A stretch of DNA of 64,000 bases from a virus. This document shows, piece after piece, positions 35,535 to 45,700 of this stretch. The position numbers and the translations under genes were made by a program. The notes beneath the pieces were generated by a model, which worked only from the letters and a program-made list of their open reading frames with translations, was not told the DNA's origin and searched no databases. Location of the stretch: IMG/VR virus record IMGVR_UViG_3300031688_000003, positions 32,001-96,000 of that record; one strand, given 5' to 3'. The stretch's first letter is position 1. Every line of letters starts with the position of its first letter.

Positions 35535-38500
35535 ATGAAAGTCAAAATAAATAAATTACCTGAAGGGTATAAAGTTAAAAATGGACAGATTGTAAAAGTC
35601 ATGTCTATGGGTGGTGTTCCTTATAGTAATACTATAGGGCCTATTCCTGAACAGTTTGCTAATCTAGAAGCTGAAAAAGGTGAGACTGCACTTACTGATT
35701 TAACTAATGATGGAAACTATGAGCTATATAATATAGGTGGTAGAAGACATCAAGATGGTGGAACAAACTTAAGTTTACCACCTCAATCTTTTATCTTTTC
35801 TGATACAGCAAAGATGAAACTTAATAAGGCACAGCTACAAGACTTTGGTATCAACTCTACAAAGAAGATGTCACCTGCTGCAGTATCAAAGAAATTTCCA
35901 TTAAATAGATATTACTCTATTCTTAATGATGAGTTTGTAGATGATATAGCAACAAGAAGTTCTGAACTAATGTTAGATAAAAACAAAATGCAACTTTCAC
36001 ATTTAGCATTTGTATCAGAAAGTAAAAAGAAATTTGAAGACGGTGTACCATTAGCAGCATACCCATACTTAATGTCTAAGGATATTGATCCACAAGAATT
36101 TGTTCAGAAAGTAAATAAGCTAAATGAGGAACAAGCTCAAATGCAAATGATTGATCAATTACCACCAGAACAACAACAAGAGTTCTTAGCATTACAAGAT
36201 TTTACAGGAGGACAAGGAGGTCCCCCACAGGGAGGACCACAAGGAGGAATGCCCCCAATGGGACCACCACAAGGAGGAGGTATGCCACCACAAGGTATGA
36301 TGCCACCTCAACAAATGATGGCTAAATATGGTGGTGGTTTACCTAACTATCAAGAACTTGGAGCTTATGATCAGCAACTAGTATGTTCTCAATGTGGTAC
36401 ACCTGAAGGAGAACCTCATAATATGAGACATATGTTTATGCCAATACCTATTGGTGATTATATTAACCAAAATCCAAGAGCTACTCCTCCTGGAGCACCC
36501 CGAGGTACTATTACAACTGATGTAGCTTCTTATCCTCCTTTTGATGAGAATGGTAATTTTCAGAATGTAAATAAATTAAAAAAAGCTGAATTATTAACAC
36601 AGAAATATGGTGGAGGTTTACATAAGGCACAAATACAAGAAGAAATTCTATCAATACCACCTATACAAACACAAACTGTACCAAACTATAGTAAAACATC
36701 TGGTCTTGATATTTCTATACCTGGGAACTTTATGAAAGATCAACACTACACAGGTAGTGAAGCTATGAAGAACTGGCAAATAGAAAATGGATATGCATCT
36801 CAGTTTGATACATTTAATGTACCTGAAGGAAACGTGTTTTTTCAACAAGGTGGACCACCTGCAGCTCAACAACCACAAGGAGGACAAGGTGGTGGAGGAG
36901 AGATTGAACAAATAATGCAAATGGTTGGACAAGCTATGGAACAAGGTGCTCAACCTGAAGAAGTTATAGCAGAATTATTACAGAATCAAATTCCACCAGA
37001 AGTAGTAATGCAAATTTTTGGTCAATTAGGAATGCCACCACAGCAAGTAGAACAAATGATAATGGCTGTTATGCAACAAGTACAAGGAGGTCAGCAACAA
37101 ATGGCTGCACCCCAAGGACCACCTCCAGGCCCACCACAGGGTGGAATGCCACCAGAAATGATGGCTGCTATGCAACAAGGTCAAGGTCAAGGTCAACCAC
37201 AAATGAAGTATGGTGGTTTATTTAAAAATCAATCTGAATCTCCTGAAGGTCCATCAATGCACTTACCTTCTCAAAGGTTAGAAGAAGTAGAAGATATATT
37301 CCCTTTTAATGCAGCAGATTTTGCTAGTGAGTATCCACAAATTAGCTATGGTAGAGATATTAATGAAGGAATCAATCAAGGATCTTTAGTAGGAATAGCA
37401 GAAAGAGCTTTATCTGCTCAAAATGCTACTCCAGATCCTATGTATGATGGAAGATATAAAGATGACCCACAAGCAGATTATGCACAATCAGGTGGTGCAT
37501 TAAATAGATTTGTATATGGAGGTGAAGAATATATAGATAGATACACTGACTATGACAATACACCTATGGGGTTACCTAAAGCACAAGTTGGTAGTGGAAC
37601 CAAGTATGGTAATGATAACTATAATAATATGATGAATCTATATCAATCAGATGATTGGGATATGGTTAATGAATATGGTTATCAAACATATGAAAAAATG
37701 TATAGTTCAGGTAATTATGATATGGGATCTATGATGTCACAAGAAGAGTATGAAACACAATTTCTTGCTGATCAGAAATTTAAATACCTAATGAATGATC
37801 CAGGAGCATTATCCGAGATGGAAATTACATTACCTAATGGTACAGTAGTTAAAGGTGATAAACTTTTAGGTCATAAAGCTTGGGATAATCCTAATTCACA
37901 TGGTTTTACTATACCTAATGGAATGTATAAAGCAGTATATGAGGAGTTTTCTAAATTGAATCCAAATTTTGAGTTACCAGCTTTACCTGAAGATATAAGA
38001 GCAGATGTAAGACAAAAACAATCTGTGTTCAATAGTCTAGGTGGTTTATCTAAACATGCTGAGAAAATGTCTGCAGATGGAGATGATAGCTGGTCTAATT
38101 TAATTTCCAATGTTAATCTAGAAGCATTTGGTAATGATGATGATGGTGGGTTAGGTGAAGATAGATGGTCTAAAATTGATGGTAGATATGGTGATACATA
38201 TAATAGACAGTTAGTTACTATGAATAATGAACCAGGAGAAGAATCAACAAGAGATGTATCTACATGCTTTAATGATAAAGAAGGGAATCCAATTCAAGCT
38301 AAAGTAGCTGAACAACAGGCGTGTACAGAAAGAGGCGGTAATTATGATGTACAAGTTTGTAGATGTATAGAAAAAACAGAAATTATAACTAAACCTCCAG
38401 AAACACCTGAGTTCTGGAAACAAGATATAATGAAGTTAGATGCATTATCAGGCATAGATATAAATAAATACTATCCAAGTAGACAAAGTTTTACTGGTAA

Positions 38501-39260
38501 CTTTATGGATCCAGCATATAAAGATCCAACTAGAGAGATTGCAGCTATTGGTGAACAAGCACAGATTGCAGGAGATATGGCAGCATCAATGTCAAGTGGT
38601 CCTGGTTTATCATCTATTCTTGCTAAGATTCAAGGAACAGCTGGTGCACAAATTGCTGGTGCTCTTGATAAAGTTCAAAATGATAACATTAGTATTTACA
38701 ACGGTGCAGAACAATTTAATGCTGGTGTACAGACTAATACAGATGTGCTTAACCAAGATGCTGGTAAAACTTTTATGGATGCAGTTAACTTAGTAGATCA
38801 AAACTATGATAATGCAAGAAATGAATTAGATGTTCAGATAGCTGATATGCAAGCTAATGCTTGGACTAACATGGCTAATACAGCTAATCTAAATAGTTTG
38901 ACACCTGATTTAAAAGTTAGCCCAGCAAATGCAGGATTAATTAATGCTAATACTAGTAAGGCTTTAAATGCTAATGTTCCAGTAGATGCTCAATCTAGTA
39001 TGGATAAAAGATTAGCATTAGAGAAACAATACTATGATGCAAATTGTGGTAATATAAGTGATGATAAAGAAAAGGCTGCATGTAAGTTGGCAGCATCAAA
39101 AGCTGCTGATAAAACTATGAAGGCTTCTAATACAACAACACCACCTGCTACAGTAGTACCACCAGGTTATCAAGGTGAAGCTGGTAATACACTTAAAGAA
39201 ACCAAATATGGTAGCGAATTGAGAAGAGAGTTGATGATGAGAAGAGGAGGACAATGGTAG
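35535..39260 (+). CDS. crAss-like ejection/cargo protein (1241 aa) with Q/P/G/M-rich linkers and GG junctions
   Basis: N-terminal EAEKGE...IGGRRHQDGG...SFIFSD segment of the type seen in crAss-like cargo proteins; Gln/Asn/Ala-rich helical C-terminal region; KYGG junctions at 36324, 36603 and 37206. Confidence 0.6.
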   Translation: MKVKINKLPEGYKVKNGQIVKVMSMGGVPYSNTIGPIPEQFANLEAEKGETALTDLTNDGNYELYNIGGRRHQDGGTNLSLPPQSFIFSDTAKMKLNKAQLQDFGINSTKKMSPAAVSKKFPLNRYYSILNDEFVDDIATRSSELMLDKNKMQLSHLAFVSESKKKFEDGVPLAAYPYLMSKDIDPQEFVQKVNKLNEEQAQMQMIDQLPPEQQQEFLALQDFTGGQGGPPQGGPQGGMPPMGPPQGGGMPPQGMMPPQQMMAKYGGGLPNYQELGAYDQQLVCSQCGTPEGEPHNMRHMFMPIPIGDYINQNPRATPPGAPRGTITTDVASYPPFDENGNFQNVNKLKKAELLTQKYGGGLHKAQIQEEILSIPPIQTQTVPNYSKTSGLDISIPGNFMKDQHYTGSEAMKNWQIENGYASQFDTFNVPEGNVFFQQGGPPAAQQPQGGQGGGGEIEQIMQMVGQAMEQGAQPEEVIAELLQNQIPPEVVMQIFGQLGMPPQQVEQMIMAVMQQVQGGQQQMAAPQGPPPGPPQGGMPPEMMAAMQQGQGQGQPQMKYGGLFKNQSESPEGPSMHLPSQRLEEVEDIFPFNAADFASEYPQISYGRDINEGINQGSLVGIAERALSAQNATPDPMYDGRYKDDPQADYAQSGGALNRFVYGGEEYIDRYTDYDNTPMGLPKAQVGSGTKYGNDNYNNMMNLYQSDDWDMVNEYGYQTYEKMYSSGNYDMGSMMSQEEYETQFLADQKFKYLMNDPGALSEMEITLPNGTVVKGDKLLGHKAWDNPNSHGFTIPNGMYKAVYEEFSKLNPNFELPALPEDIRADVRQKQSVFNSLGGLSKHAEKMSADGDDSWSNLISNVNLEAFGNDDDGGLGEDRWSKIDGRYGDTYNRQLVTMNNEPGEESTRDVSTCFNDKEGNPIQAKVAEQQACTERGGNYDVQVCRCIEKTEIITKPPETPEFWKQDIMKLDALSGIDINKYYPSRQSFTGNFMDPAYKDPTREIAAIGEQAQIAGDMAASMSSGPGLSSILAKIQGTAGAQIAGALDKVQNDNISIYNGAEQFNAGVQTNTDVLNQDAGKTFMDAVNLVDQNYDNARNELDVQIADMQANAWTNMANTANLNSLTPDLKVSPANAGLINANTSKALNANVPVDAQSSMDKRLALEKQYYDANCGNISDDKEKAACKLAASKAADKTMKASNTTTPPATVVPPGYQGEAGNTLKETKYGSELRRELMMRRGGQW

Positions 39261-39310
39261 TAAACATGAAAGGTTTACCCAATATATTTTATAAAGTTAA
39301 TAAATTTTAG

Positions 39311-39318
39311 TATTTTTG
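39311..39318 (+). promoter_or_regulatory. TAnnTTTG-type element (TATTTTTG) upstream of the 1152-aa gene
   Basis: Consensus match in a 62-nt intergenic gap, only 4 nt before the ATG. It could instead be a variant of the AATTTAGTAT late motif. Confidence 0.35.
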
Positions 39319-39322
39319 TAAC

Positions 39323-42300
39323 ATGGCAACATACATTCCAGGCGTAGAAGATAAAATTCCACAAAGTCAACCCTTTGTGCCAGATTATAAATTCCTATCA
39401 GATGTCTTACACACAAGACAGGATAGGTTTGATAAGAACTATAAACAATTAAATGATGTTTATGGTAAAGTGGTATATGCAGATCTAACAAGAAATGATA
39501 ACAAATATGTTAGAGATCAATATGCAGAACAACTTGCACCACAAATAAAACAAATTTCTGGATTAGATCTTTCTCTTCAAGAAAATGTTGATGCAGCATA
39601 TGGTTTATTTAAACCATTCTATGAAGACAAACAGGTTATTAAAGATTTAACTGCTACCGCAACTCTAAAGCAACAAAGAAAAAAGATGAGTTCTTTTAAA
39701 GATAGTTCTATAAGAGAAGTTAGAGAAAAGTACTGGGACTATGGAAGACAAGGATTAGATATTTGGCAAGAAGATTTTAAAAATGCTGATCCTCAAAAAG
39801 CTTTAGGTATGGGTTTACCTCAATACATTGAGGATGTTGACTTAGTTGAACAAGCAATGATATTGTTAGATAACTCTGAGTTAGGAGATACAACAAGTGA
39901 TGTAGATGTATCACAAGATAATAAATGGTTAATTACTCTAAAGAGTGGTTCATTAATTACTGCAGCTCCAACAGGTAGAATGATTGAAGTTAAAGATAGT
40001 AAGGGTAAAGTAATAATGGTTCCTGAAACTGAGAACCTAGCTCTTAATCATGTAAAGGATAGATTAATGGATGATCCTAAGGTTCAAGCTGCTTATCACT
40101 TAAGAAACTTTGTTGACATGAGAAATTATGTTAAGGAAAAGTCTGAAGAGTTAGGAGGTGACGATGCTGCTAAAAAAGCATGGGCAACTGAAACTATGGA
40201 AAAATATAAAACAAGATCTGAAGAAGATATTTCAAACCTAAGTAAAGTTAAAGAAACTAAAAAAATTGAAGTTAGTAGTTGGGAAGCATATGCTAATAAG
40301 ATAGGTATTGAACCTGGATCTGAAAATGATGTTAGCTTTCTAAATTCAATGGATGAATTAGAATTAATAAATAAAGTTATAACTTCTCAAACTCAAAGGT
40401 TACAAGATGCTACAGCACCTACTGATGATATTAAGAACTTACTTAATAAAGCTTATAGTCTAGCTATGGGTACTCAAATGGGTGATGATATGCTCACTTC
40501 TGCTTCTGCATATGCAAAAAAAACTCAGACCCGTGAGATAGAACCCAATCCTAATTACACAGCATGGGTTGAGCATCAATATGCAATGGCAAGGATTAAA
40601 TATAAAGAGGCATCTGATGCTGCTAAGGAAGAAAAGGAAAGCGTTTCTCAACCAATACAAGTACCTATATATAGATATAAAGCTGGAGACAAGTCTACAA
40701 CAGGTAAGAATACAACTTCTGATCCTGACCAAAATCTTTTAGAAACAATAATCAATGGTGACGATGCTACCTCTGATGCAATAGCATATAATAATGAAAC
40801 AACAACAAATGATATAAACTATAATGTAACTGAGCAAAAAAGAATTCTTAAGCAGGTATATTTAGCAAATGCTCAAGATTTAAATCTTGATCCTTCTAAA
40901 TTTACACCAATATTCTCTCCTGATTTAATGGTGGGAACTGGAAAATTAGAAATAGGAGAAATATATTATCCAGATGAGGTAACTCTAGACAATGGTATGG
41001 TAAACAAGGGTATACCACAAGAATATGGAACTGGTGTTATAGGAGAAATGAAAATGTTGCAAGAAAAGATTGTAGAAGAAAATAAACCTATAGCTCAAAG
41101 ATTAGTTAATTATCCAAAGTCTACATCAATGACATGGAATGAGTTTAATGATATTGAAGATTCAGATCAAATACATGACATGTATATGAACATGCTTAAT
41201 TTTATAGATAATGCTGATAATTACTTACCTTCTTACATGACATTAGATACAAAAACTAAATCAGATATTGCATATAGTATATATAACCTAAGAGGTAATA
41301 TGTCTATGTTTAATGAAGGTGTTGATAAGATGGCAGCTAATTACATGCAGGTTCAACAACATTTAGTAGGAACAGATGAGGACTTTAAATATGCTGCACA
41401 AGATGGAGGTTCTATTTTTAATAATGATGGTATACTTATAGATAGAGAAGAATGGAAAAAAAGATATGTAGATAAATGGACTAAAATATCAAATGCAGAA
41501 ATTAGGTCAAACATGACTCAACAGAATTTTCAAGGTGAGCAATTTCTACCTCCTAACATGTTAGACAATACACCTGATGATATTTTGCAGGCTATTAACA
41601 AAACTAAGGGTGATGGAACAAACACTCTTCCTGCAGCAGATGCAGACCTTAACCAAATGCAGATTATAAATGAAGAAGAGAATCAGATAAATGTTCCATG
41701 GTCTCTTACTAGTGGAAAATATTGGCAAGCAAATATGATGGGTACTGAAATGCCAGGTGGAAATGGAATACAAGAATACCACATTACTACACCCCAACCA
41801 AGATTTGATCAGATTCAAAACGATGCAGATTTATATTATGATTATATGTATGCTGAAATAAATAAAAAAATGACAAAAGATGGTGAAAATGCTGCTGAGT
41901 TTGGATTTAACTTAAGTGCACAGTTAAATGGTCAACCTGAAACTATAGGTGGAGATTTGTTTCAATCTGGAGAACATCAGTTTAAGTTTGATGAAAATGC
42001 ATCTACTGAAGTAAATGCTCCATCAGTAGACTTTGCAAATCAAGTACTAGAAATCTTAGATGGTGATCCATCAAGCTTTAGCGTATATGCAGGAGGTAAT
42101 ATAATACTAGAGAAGGGAGAAATACTAGGTGTTCAAAATCCTGAGATGATGAATGTTATCCAACAATGGTATTATTCAATGGGAGATAACTACGGTAATA
42201 ATAAAGCAGACGGAGGTGGTGCACCAAAAGCAGATGGTTTAGACTTCTCCATTTCTTATGCTAAGAATAGAGGTGGTTCTGATGCTGATGTTGCTGGATA

Positions 42301-42781
42301 TGAAATACACATTGGTACTGACTGGGCTAACTCAAGTGTATTAGGAAGATATGATAAAGAAACAGATGACTATATAACTGGAATGGTAACTGAGGATAAG
42401 AGTAAAGCATTTTTAACAGATAATGTAATTACAATTCTATTTGACAAAGCACTTGATAATAATAAATATAAAACTGGTGATAAAGAAACACAGTGGGTAA
42501 TGAATGAATTAAGTAACAATGATGGACGTATTGTTAGAAATGTACCAGGTGCAGGAACTATAACAATATTTAGTACAGGTGATGGTAGATATATGTATAG
42601 TGAACAATTAATCCAATATGAAGGTAATAAGAAAATACCATTTGCTGGACAACAAATAGAAATACCTGCTTCTCAAATAGCAAATGTTCTTGCTACCCAA
42701 CAACAAAGATTAACCGAAATGGGTACAGCAAATATGGAACAGCTTAAAGCATATAACATATCTAATAAAATTATACAATAG
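39323..42781 (+). CDS. Putative ejected virion protein (1152 aa), helical, immediately upstream of the virion RNAP
   Basis: Long helical/coiled N-terminal half and no recognisable catalytic motif. It occupies the position of the companion proteins next to crAss-like vRNAP genes. Confidence 0.6.
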   Translation: MATYIPGVEDKIPQSQPFVPDYKFLSDVLHTRQDRFDKNYKQLNDVYGKVVYADLTRNDNKYVRDQYAEQLAPQIKQISGLDLSLQENVDAAYGLFKPFYEDKQVIKDLTATATLKQQRKKMSSFKDSSIREVREKYWDYGRQGLDIWQEDFKNADPQKALGMGLPQYIEDVDLVEQAMILLDNSELGDTTSDVDVSQDNKWLITLKSGSLITAAPTGRMIEVKDSKGKVIMVPETENLALNHVKDRLMDDPKVQAAYHLRNFVDMRNYVKEKSEELGGDDAAKKAWATETMEKYKTRSEEDISNLSKVKETKKIEVSSWEAYANKIGIEPGSENDVSFLNSMDELELINKVITSQTQRLQDATAPTDDIKNLLNKAYSLAMGTQMGDDMLTSASAYAKKTQTREIEPNPNYTAWVEHQYAMARIKYKEASDAAKEEKESVSQPIQVPIYRYKAGDKSTTGKNTTSDPDQNLLETIINGDDATSDAIAYNNETTTNDINYNVTEQKRILKQVYLANAQDLNLDPSKFTPIFSPDLMVGTGKLEIGEIYYPDEVTLDNGMVNKGIPQEYGTGVIGEMKMLQEKIVEENKPIAQRLVNYPKSTSMTWNEFNDIEDSDQIHDMYMNMLNFIDNADNYLPSYMTLDTKTKSDIAYSIYNLRGNMSMFNEGVDKMAANYMQVQQHLVGTDEDFKYAAQDGGSIFNNDGILIDREEWKKRYVDKWTKISNAEIRSNMTQQNFQGEQFLPPNMLDNTPDDILQAINKTKGDGTNTLPAADADLNQMQIINEEENQINVPWSLTSGKYWQANMMGTEMPGGNGIQEYHITTPQPRFDQIQNDADLYYDYMYAEINKKMTKDGENAAEFGFNLSAQLNGQPETIGGDLFQSGEHQFKFDENASTEVNAPSVDFANQVLEILDGDPSSFSVYAGGNIILEKGEILGVQNPEMMNVIQQWYYSMGDNYGNNKADGGGAPKADGLDFSISYAKNRGGSDADVAGYEIHIGTDWANSSVLGRYDKETDDYITGMVTEDKSKAFLTDNVITILFDKALDNNKYKTGDKETQWVMNELSNNDGRIVRNVPGAGTITIFSTGDGRYMYSEQLIQYEGNKKIPFAGQQIEIPASQIANVLATQQQRLTEMGTANMEQLKAYNISNKIIQ

Positions 42782-42783
42782 GA

Positions 42784-45700
42784 ATGGCTGAAATAGATGA
42801 AACCACACAAGGAAATACTAACCTTCCTCAAGATCAAAATATATCTAATCAAATGGTACAGGAAGAGTCTATTCCTGAGAGTAATGTACCTCAAGTAAGT
42901 GATATAAATTTTGAAGATATTGCTGATATGATAGGTTCACCTACTGGTAACTTAGCTAGCCTTCAGCTTAGAGATCCTGTATTTGAGGGGATGTTAAGAC
43001 AAGCTGCAATACCTATTAACTCAGCACCACCTATGACTGGTTTACATTCTTCATCTAATCCTTTACCTGGTAAAGCAACACAACATTATAATCCATATGA
43101 AGATTCCACGCCACCTGACATGACCACTATAGAGGGTAAGAAAAAGATGATGATGCAAGGAATGCATCAAGCTATGGTTAATCCAAGACAACAAAAAGCT
43201 CCAGGTTATAGATCAGATTTAGAATATGGAATAAGAGAAACAAATTTTGATAGATATTATGCACATAATAAATATGATGAATTAGGATTTCATCCTTTTA
43301 GAAATAATGAACAAATATATAATGCTAATGCCACACTCTGGGATGATCATGCTAGAGCATGGAAACAAACAAGCCGTACTTATTGGACTGGTTTCACTTC
43401 TAGTTATGATGCTATAGGAGATTGGTTATCTGGTGATGGATACCTTTCTCCAGATAGAGATGGTGCAGAAGCTTTTGTTGATGCTATGCGTATTGGTAAC
43501 TCATCAAAAGAAGGAGTAGGAGGTGCAGCAATAAGGTTTGGTTTAAATTCAGGATATACATTTGGTATTATATCTAATATCATGGCAGAAGAAATAGTAC
43601 TTGCAGGTGTTACTGCACTTTCAGGAACAGGAGCTGCTCCAGTTGCAGCAGCAAGAACTGCTCAGAATGTTGGAAGACTAAAAACGGCATGGAATGCATT
43701 TGGGACAGCATTTAAAACAGGTGTTGGTCAGTCAACTAGAATATCAGCAGGTGCAAAACTTATGAAGGATATGAATAAGGTGGAAAATGCTAGACATTTT
43801 TTTACTGCTGTAGGTGAGGGTGCTTTAAACTTTGTTACTCCAGGAACAATGCAGGCTATCCGAACTCTTAACACTTCCAAAGGAGTTGTAAGAGGTGCTC
43901 AAAGTATTAAAAATGCAAATGCAGTATTTGGTGGATTTTATAGAGATATGAGACAAATCAATCTTGCAATAGCAGAAAGTAAGTTAGAATCAGGAATTGT
44001 TTATAATCAAATGATTGATGGTTTATATCATGATTATGTTGCACAATATGGTGATACTCCACCTTCAGAAAAGATAGATGAGATACGTCAAAAAGCAACT
44101 GCAGCTTCTAGTGCTACTATGGGTTTCAATGCTCCTCTTATATATTTATCTAATAAAATTGTATTAGGTACATTATTTCAAGGAATGGGTGGTGGTCTTA
44201 GTAGACTAGCATCAAGATATGAAGGTAAAGGTGCAGCACGTCTTTTTAGAAATAGTACAGTTAAACCAGCTGCAGCAAAAGCTACTACTGATGTAGCTAA
44301 AAAAACAATGTATGATGGTGGTTCAACTTTTATAAAGAGACTTAAAAATTTAGGTGTTAAAGGTTCAGCTGGTTCTGTTGGTGCTTTTGCATTAAGATAC
44401 ACAGGTGCTAACTTTGCTGAAGGTATTCAAGAACTTTCACAAGAGGTTATTGCTAAAACAGCAGAAGATTATTACACTGGTTTATTTTTAGATCCAGCAT
44501 CTATACAAAATATGTTATTGGATGCATCCCTTAAGGATGCAATAAATGCACAAATAAGCCCTCAAGGGTTTGAGGTATTTATGTCTGGGTTCTTAATGGG
44601 TGGTTTAGTTCAACCTGTACAACAAGGTCTAATGGTTGGATTACCTTCACTGTACCAAATGGGTAAAGGTCATTATGGTACTAAACAAGATAAAGCAAAG
44701 TACCAACAATATAAAAAAACTAAAGAAGAATTTCTTTCTAAGTCTTTAGAAAACTTAAACCTTATTGCAGAAGATCCTTTAAAGTATTTTGATCCTACAA
44801 AATTAAATGCAGTAGAACAGAAGCAAATAAATGAAAGATTATTACAATCTTCATACTCATCTGATATGTTATCATTCATGGATGATAAAGATCAGTCTAT
44901 GTTCTCTCAACTTGATTACTTGTATAAGACTGGTAAATCTTCAGAATTTAAGTATCTATTAGAGGACTATACTAAATTATCTGATGCAGAACTCTTAGAA
45001 GGTTTTCCTGAATATACAAAAGAGATTAAGTCAGGTAAGTTAAGAGGAAAATTAGAAAAAGCTATCAGTAAGATTGATGAGTTTAAAAAAGGTTGGGATA
45101 TGGTAAAGATGAGTTATCCAAACCCATATGATCCATCTGAATTTATGGAGGGTTCTGCTGAATGGAATATAACAGCATTACAATCATTAGCATATGATCA
45201 TTCTACAAAACTATTAATGTATTCACAAGATACTTTTAAAAGAGCACTTGAAAGATCAAATAGTATATTTGAAAGGTTAAGTGGTGAATCTGTAATAAGT
45301 AAGTTTAATACTAATGATATATCTGCATTATTAGATCTTAAGAGTCTTAAAACTGAAATGGAACTTCTTAAGTCTGAAATTGAACTTGGAGCAACAACAT
45401 CAGAACAGAAAGAACTTATAGAGACAAAAACAAAAAGGTTAGAGTTACTACAAAATTACTTTGATATAATCACTAACCCAGAAAACTTTACTAAAAGAAG
45501 TGAAGATAATATTGCTATATCTGCAAAAACAGATATGGAAGCAACAGAAGAGACTGGAGATGACACTATGGAAATTGGTGGTCAAAGATATAAAGCAGCT
45601 AGAAAAGTAACTTCTGAAGTTGGAACTTTTGATAGAAGAAAAATTAATAAGTTAACTCCAGCATTTAATGCATATATCAATTTCTTAGCAGAACAGAAAG

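Larger units (their letters stand above)
23151..37232 (+). repeat. Dispersed peptide repeat (K/R)x(Y/D/x)GG(S/G)LxK(A/H)Q, about 15 copies in three consecutive genes
   Basis: Copies start at 23151, 24423, 25782, 26583, 27609, 28617, 29793, 31096, 32107, 33595, 34555 (YGT variant), 34882, 36324, 36603 and 37206. Codons differ synonymously, so conservation is at the protein level. Confidence 0.92.

Noticed and set aside
22599-39260. Nucleocytoviricota (ASFV-like) origin suggested by GG-delimited polyproteins and Cys-rich proteins
   Set aside because: The muzzle, ring, IHF-like and DFDID vRNAP gene set, bacterial operon coupling and Bacteroidota-type signals point to a crAss-like phage. The GG similarity is treated as analogy only.
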